Assembly: GCA_965204535.1 (NCBI GenBank)
Contig: OZ241996.1
Location: forward strand, 640,001-704,000
Reading direction: 5' to 3'
Length of the DNA stretch: 64,000 nt
Source of the DNA: a bacterium
Lineage (GTDB): Bacteria; UBA8248
Shown here: positions 59,398 to 64,000 of the stretch, one piece after another
How positions within the stretch are numbered: position 1 is the first letter of the stretch
Layout of the letters: each line of letters opens with the position of its first letter
Notes under the pieces: generated by a model
The model's input: the letters and a program-made list of their open reading frames with translations, nothing else
What the model was told of the DNA's origin: nothing
Databases searched by the model: none
Translations under genes and position numbers: made by a program

Positions 59398-60030
59398 CTA
59401 GCCCTCTTCTTTCTCCTTCTCGATTCGTTCCTGCTTCACGCGCGCCACCTCGGCCTTGACGTCGTCGATGACGTCTTTGCCCCAGAAGAGCTTCCCCTCC
59501 ACCACGAACGTGGGGATGCCGTAAATACCCAGTCCTTTTCCCTGGGCGCGCTGGCTGTGCAGCGCGCCGATGTAGCGGCCCTCGGCGATGACGGCCTTGA
59601 TTTCCTCTCCGTCGAGGCCGACATCCTCACCGAGCCCGGCGATGACGTCCATATCCTCCAGGTTCAGGTCGTCCTCCCAGCGGGCCTTGTAGCAGCGATC
59701 ACGGAATTCCCTGAACTTCCCCTTGTCGCGGGCGTAATAGGTGGCCATGTGGAGGTTGGTGGTGCGGTAGTCGCCTCCCGCCACCCGGATGGGCACGTTG
59801 TACTTCTCGGCGAGAGGTTTGTGGTTATTCTCGTAGCTTTCCTGTTTCTGCTCGGGCGAGTAGCCGGCGAACTCCTGGCCGGGCGGTCTCCCCTCCCAGC
59901 TGACCCACTCGACGACGACGTCGGGGTCTTCTTCAATCACGGGCGTGCCACCCACGGTGGCGACATAGCAAAAAGGTCATGTGTAATCCGAGTATTTCAC
60001 CACTACGATCGGCTCTTTCAACTCACTCAT
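59398..60030 (-). CDS. selenocysteine-containing DsbA/FrnE-family protein (UPFC)
   Basis: RBS GGAGG; MSELKEPIVVVKYSDYT-TGA(59977-59979)-PFCYVAT in frame with ORF 59398..59955; GIPTF and FWG motifs. Confidence 0.88.
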
Positions 60031-60104
60031 GGCGTTGCCTCCGTCTGGTTTTTGTCGAACTCTGCAATATCCGGTGAATATCAGAATGGCAGCAATTTTC
60101 TGGT

Positions 60105-61541
60105 TTATACCACTTCGGCGCGGTCGTGGTCGATGGTGTCATGCCCTCCGGGGTCGACCCACACCCCCATCTCCCGGAGTTCAGCGATCGCCTGTGCGAT
60201 TTCCTCCTCGTTTCCGTCGAATTCGCAAACCTGCCACCCTGATTGGGCGTCCAGCTCGCTCCTCATGATGTTGATGGCAAACGAGTATTTTCTGCCGATC
60301 TCCCACAAGATAGGTTTCTGCACGAGATGACCCGGCACAGAGAGAACCAGCCGCTTGCAGCCCCGGGGTATGGGGGTTGCGTTGATGCCGACCGGGCCGC
60401 CGTTTTCGAGCCTTTCGAGAAAGCCACCGACGATTTCGGTGAGCTTGTCGTATTGCACGAGAAAAGCATCGTGCCCGTAGGTGGACTCCACCGTGTGCAA
60501 TTCCACTTCACGCCTGAGTTTCTGGAGAATCTGGGCGATCTCCATGCTTCTCTCCGGCGGGAAGAGCCAGTCGGATATGAAGCATACGAGCAGGCATTTG
60601 GTTTTCAGCCGGGACAGCGACGCCTCGAGGCTCTCGAAGCCCAGGGAAGCGTCGTACAGGTCCATCATGCGGGAGATATACAGATACGAATTCGCGTCGA
60701 AACGATCGACGAATTTGTCTCCCTGGTGATCGAGATAGCTCTCCACCTCGAACCGCGAGGCGATGTCCTCCAGCATTTTGTCCTTATCCCTGATCTCGCG
60801 GCCGAATTTCTCCCACATGATTCCTCGGCTCAGATAGGTGATGTGGGCCAGCATGCGCGCCGCGCTCAGGCCCTTGCGTGGCCCCTGGCCGGCGGCGTAA
60901 TCGCCGTCTTTCCAGTCGCCGTCCGCCGTGATGGCCCTCCGGGCGATTTTGTCCCATGCGATGCCCATCGGGTCCAGGCGGGCGGCTCCCGCGACCGGGA
61001 TGACGGAGTCGCAAAAATCGCCGTAGCGCAGTCCCCATTCGAGGGTCTGCATCCCGGCGAGCGAGCCGCCGATGACCGTTTTGAGGCGTTTTACGCCCAG
61101 ATGGTCGAGAAGCAGCTTGTGGACGCGAACGGTGTCCTCCACCGTGGTGACGGGAAAGCCGGTGTTGTAAGCTCTGCCCGTAGCGGGATTGATCGAAGCG
61201 GGCCCCGTGGTGCCGGAGCATCCTCCCAGGTTGTTCGAGGAGACGACGAAGTATTTTCGGGTATCGATGGCCTTTCCGGGGCCGATCATCGGGTCCCACC
61301 AGCCCGGACGCGGGTCGTCCGGACTGTGGAAGCCGGCTGCGTGCGCGTCGCCCGTAAGCGCGTGGATGACCAAAACGGCGTTGTCGGCGCCGGGCGAGAG
61401 TTCGCCGTATGTTTCATAGGCAATCTGGACTTCGGGTAATGTTTCGCCGGAATCGGTCCGGAACGGATCGGGCAGGGTGATGGTGCGTGTTTTCGTCAGA
61501 CCGACTGAACCGGGATCCTGCGGGGAATTTTCTCGATTCAT
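60105..61541 (-). CDS. metX: homoserine O-acyltransferase with C-terminal NIL domain
   Basis: HALTGDAH, GWW..IGPG, GGC.GTTGP, GGSLAG, FDANSY, SDWLFP, GHDAFL; tail LSVP..LVQKPILWEI..INIMRS..EFDG. Confidence 0.92.
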   Translation of the reverse strand: MNRENSPQDPGSVGLTKTRTITLPDPFRTDSGETLPEVQIAYETYGELSPGADNAVLVIHALTGDAHAAGFHSPDDPRPGWWDPMIGPGKAIDTRKYFVVSSNNLGGCSGTTGPASINPATGRAYNTGFPVTTVEDTVRVHKLLLDHLGVKRLKTVIGGSLAGMQTLEWGLRYGDFCDSVIPVAGAARLDPMGIAWDKIARRAITADGDWKDGDYAAGQGPRKGLSAARMLAHITYLSRGIMWEKFGREIRDKDKMLEDIASRFEVESYLDHQGDKFVDRFDANSYLYISRMMDLYDASLGFESLEASLSRLKTKCLLVCFISDWLFPPERSMEIAQILQKLRREVELHTVESTYGHDAFLVQYDKLTEIVGGFLERLENGGPVGINATPIPRGCKRLVLSVPGHLVQKPILWEIGRKYSFAINIMRSELDAQSGWQVCEFDGNEEEIAQAIAELREMGVWVDPGGHDTIDHDRAEVV

Positions 61542-61624
61542 GATTTGGCGCGATTTCCTTATTTCCAGGACAAGAATATATACTGATTTGTAGCAAAATT
61601 ATGTGTTTTGGCGCGCTTGTTCAA

Positions 61625-61681
61625 GTGGTTGTTGCATTTGCTTGTTTTTTCTTGTTTGCCGCCATGGTGGTTGTTACATTT
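61625..61681. promoter_or_regulatory. 15-bp direct repeat in a divergent promoter region
   Basis: GTGGTTGTTGCATTT (61625) and GTGGTTGTTACATTT (61667), 42 bp apart. Confidence 0.5.
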
Positions 61682-61770
61682 TCTACAGGCGAAATAAAAT
61701 ACTTCCGGGTCATGGAGTTGGAGATTCAACGGATTGAGAATGTATACTCCACCGTTTTTTGGTGTCTCAA

Positions 61771-62568
61771 ATGATAGTTTGTCCGCGGGATAGCCATGTT
61801 CGCCTCATCTGTCAGCATGACCATGCCCGGGCCGCAGGCGCGATTGCACGAAATTGGATAGGTATTGAATCGCTTCCCTCCCCGCCGGATGAACTCAGAG
61901 AGAAAGTTTTGTTCGCCATCGACAACCATGACGTTGGATGGTGCCGCCCGGATGCCACGCCGAGATGGGATGAAATGACGAAACTGCCTTACAGTTTTTT
62001 CGGCATAACGGCGGACAAGGCGGTGGAAATATGGTCGGAGGGCATTGATGCCTGCGCGTCTTTTCATCCGCTTTCGGGTTGTCTGGTCAGCATTCACTTC
62101 TCTGCGCTCGCCGAGGGAGGCAGAAGGGGGGCGCCCGGCGAAGTTTCCAAAGTGCTGAACGGGTTTATCCACGCTGAATCGAAACGGCAGAAGATGTTGG
62201 ACGCCCTGATTGAGCCGGGACACAAAGGAGCAATCGAAAATTCCGTGTCTTTGCTCAGGGTTTGCGATACGTTATCCCTATTGGCGTGCCGGGCGCCGGA
62301 AATCACCCCACCTGATGACGCTGTCCACCCCTTGAAGCAAAGCGGCTTGAAAGTGAAGACGGCTAACGTGGACGATCTGGAAATATCCCCTTGGCCGTTT
62401 CCAGGGGATTCGATCAAGCTGCGGATGCCGGGATTGGTTCTGCCGGGTGAGTATTTTGCGGATGAAAAAGAACTGGCCGAGGCGTTGCCCCTGGCGGAAC
62501 CCATCGTGTTTTCAAGTGTTCTCAGGCGCTTGCCGGAGTATGCGGCAACCAACCCTCCTCAGGATTGA
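61771..62568 (+). CDS. DUF3891 family protein
   Basis: MIV, QHDHA..AG..A..W, HDVGW, LVSIH, CDTLSL..C, PWPF. Confidence 0.75.
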   Translation: MIVCPRDSHVRLICQHDHARAAGAIARNWIGIESLPSPPDELREKVLFAIDNHDVGWCRPDATPRWDEMTKLPYSFFGITADKAVEIWSEGIDACASFHPLSGCLVSIHFSALAEGGRRGAPGEVSKVLNGFIHAESKRQKMLDALIEPGHKGAIENSVSLLRVCDTLSLLACRAPEITPPDDAVHPLKQSGLKVKTANVDDLEISPWPFPGDSIKLRMPGLVLPGEYFADEKELAEALPLAEPIVFSSVLRRLPEYAATNPPQD

Positions 62569-62583
62569 ACTCTTGGAGCTTGG

Positions 62584-64000
62584 ATGAAGAGCGAAACCGC
62601 CGCTTTGGAGTTGAACGTCGTCGCCGGGATTGTCCGGCATGAAGGGCGCATTCTCATTTGTCAGCGCCCTGAGGGTGGACACATGCCGGGTTTTTGGGAA
62701 TTTCCCGGCGGTAAAATAAAGGATGGCGAGAACCCCCGGGAAGCCTTGCAAAGGGAGATATGCGAGGAACTAGGGGTCGAAGTGCGCGTTGGCCCTCTTC
62801 ATTGGGAAACCCGTCACAGCTATCCCGACAGGGACGTCCATCTTCGCTTTTATGATTGCGAATGGAAAAGCGGAGTGGCTCAGAATTTGGGGGTGGCGGA
62901 GCACGAGTGGGTCCATCCTTCTTCGCTCGGGGATTTTGATTTCCTGCCTGCGGATGCGCGGTTGATAGAATCTCTCATGAATGGCGAGGAAATAGGGGAT
63001 TCGGGTGAAGAGGCAAAATCCGTCTCAAAGGCTGGTTTAAGCGCCGCTTATGATACGTGCATAAGAATCGTAGTCGGCCACTACGAAAATTTTCCCGTCG
63101 CCTCGAAGTTGTTGCCGGCGAAGATAAGGCCGCACGTCGCCGCGGTATACGCATTCGCGAGGGGCGCCGATGATATCGCGGATACGACAAGACCCGCACA
63201 AGAGCGGCTCGACCGTCTCGATGAATGGGAAGAAAAACTCGTGTCGGCCCAGAAGGGAGTCGCGGATTCGGACGTGTTCATAGCGCTTTCCCATACGCTT
63301 CAACAATTTGATTTGCCTTTACAGCCATTTCTGGATTTGCTCTCGGCATTCAAACAAGACGTCACAGTCCTCCGGTATCCGAACTATGAAGCCTTGCTCG
63401 ATTATTGCCGCCGCTCGGCGGATCCCGTCGGACGAATCGTTCTCATGCTGCACGGGATACGCGATGAAGAGGCATTTCGCGCCTCGGACGCCATATGCAC
63501 GGCCTTGCAGATTGCGAATCACTTACAAGACGTGAAAGAAGACGCCGAGCGCGGCATCGTCTACATGCCGCAGGATGAGATGAAACGATTCGCTGTCTCC
63601 GAGGATGATTTGCTTGCAGATGCGGCGACGCCTCAATTGCGCGCGTTCCTGGTTTTCCAGATAAAGAGAACAAAAAGACTCTTCAAGCAGGGTTTGCCCC
63701 TTTTGTACCGAACCCGCGGCGCATTGGGCCGTGAACTTCGCGCGATTTGGCGCGGCGGCGTTGCGGCGCTTGACGCAATTTCCCGTGCGGAATGGAACGT
63801 CTGCGCGGGTTCCCCGCTTTTGAATGGCCGGGATAAGGCCCAATCGTTGCTCGCTGCCTTTCGCCCGGTCTATCGACTCGAATCCAGTGTGGATCGGCAT
63901 GCCGAAGAAGAGTTGAACCGCGCATACTGCCGCTGGTTCATTCGTGCGAGCCGGTCGAATTTTTATCTGTCTTTTTTCAGCCTTCCTGCGGAGAAAAGGC
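62584..64000 (+). CDS. Nudix (MutT-like)-HpnC-HpnD fusion, partial (runs off the window)
   Basis: open frame from ATG 62584 to the window end: WEFPGGK..E...ALQREICEELG, then HYENFPVAS, AFARGADDIAD, YCRRSADPVG, LQIANHLQD, then YC....SRSNFYLSFFSLPAEKR. Confidence 0.85.
   Translation, partial: MKSETAALELNVVAGIVRHEGRILICQRPEGGHMPGFWEFPGGKIKDGENPREALQREICEELGVEVRVGPLHWETRHSYPDRDVHLRFYDCEWKSGVAQNLGVAEHEWVHPSSLGDFDFLPADARLIESLMNGEEIGDSGEEAKSVSKAGLSAAYDTCIRIVVGHYENFPVASKLLPAKIRPHVAAVYAFARGADDIADTTRPAQERLDRLDEWEEKLVSAQKGVADSDVFIALSHTLQQFDLPLQPFLDLLSAFKQDVTVLRYPNYEALLDYCRRSADPVGRIVLMLHGIRDEEAFRASDAICTALQIANHLQDVKEDAERGIVYMPQDEMKRFAVSEDDLLADAATPQLRAFLVFQIKRTKRLFKQGLPLLYRTRGALGRELRAIWRGGVAALDAISRAEWNVCAGSPLLNGRDKAQSLLAAFRPVYRLESSVDRHAEEELNRAYCRWFIRASRSNFYLSFFSLPAEKR

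Noticed and set aside
25901-60030. Pseudogenes or UGA=Trp/Gly recoding as explanations for the in-frame TGAs
   Set aside because: All three TGAs align with the catalytic Cys and have downstream hairpins, and many genes in the window terminate at TGA.
324-61439. Long antisense ORFs (e.g. 324..2870, 12470..14266, 44991..46949, 54057..55949, 60243..61439)
   Set aside because: Shadows of well-supported genes on the opposite strand, expected in high-GC DNA; no motifs.

Overview
High-GC bacterial chromosomal window, mostly metabolic and housekeeping genes. These include sdhCAB, an IlvD/Edd-family dehydratase, a TRAP transporter, queC, priA, metX, many oxidoreductases and hydrolases, tRNA-Asn(GTT) and tRNA-Val(CAC). 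Small AT-richer accessory islets and at least eight intergenic mosaics of palindromic repeats interrupt them. Main signals: (1) A 456-aa acidic, repeat-containing protein ending in a clear eL13 (L13e) ribosomal-protein domain, a family normally restricted to archaea and eukaryotes, in an islet beside hicAB and tRNA-Asn. (2) Three hidden selenoprotein genes (one TlpA-like redoxin, two DsbA/FrnE-like) whose in-frame TGA replaces the redox Cys and is followed by a SECIS-like hairpin. (3) A family of non-autonomous elements with GGYTGTTGA ends and about 10-bp target-site duplications, carrying variable cargo of REP-like palindromes and, in one case, a whole gene for a His/Met coiled-coil membrane protein. 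(4) A precise 23-bp-period array (46-bp higher-order) upstream of an AAA-ATPase/DUF4143 gene. (5) Unusual fusions: MetX-NIL and Nudix-HpnC-HpnD, the latter missed by the ORF track because it runs off the window end. All family calls come from motif recognition by eye; no database searches or folding programs were run.
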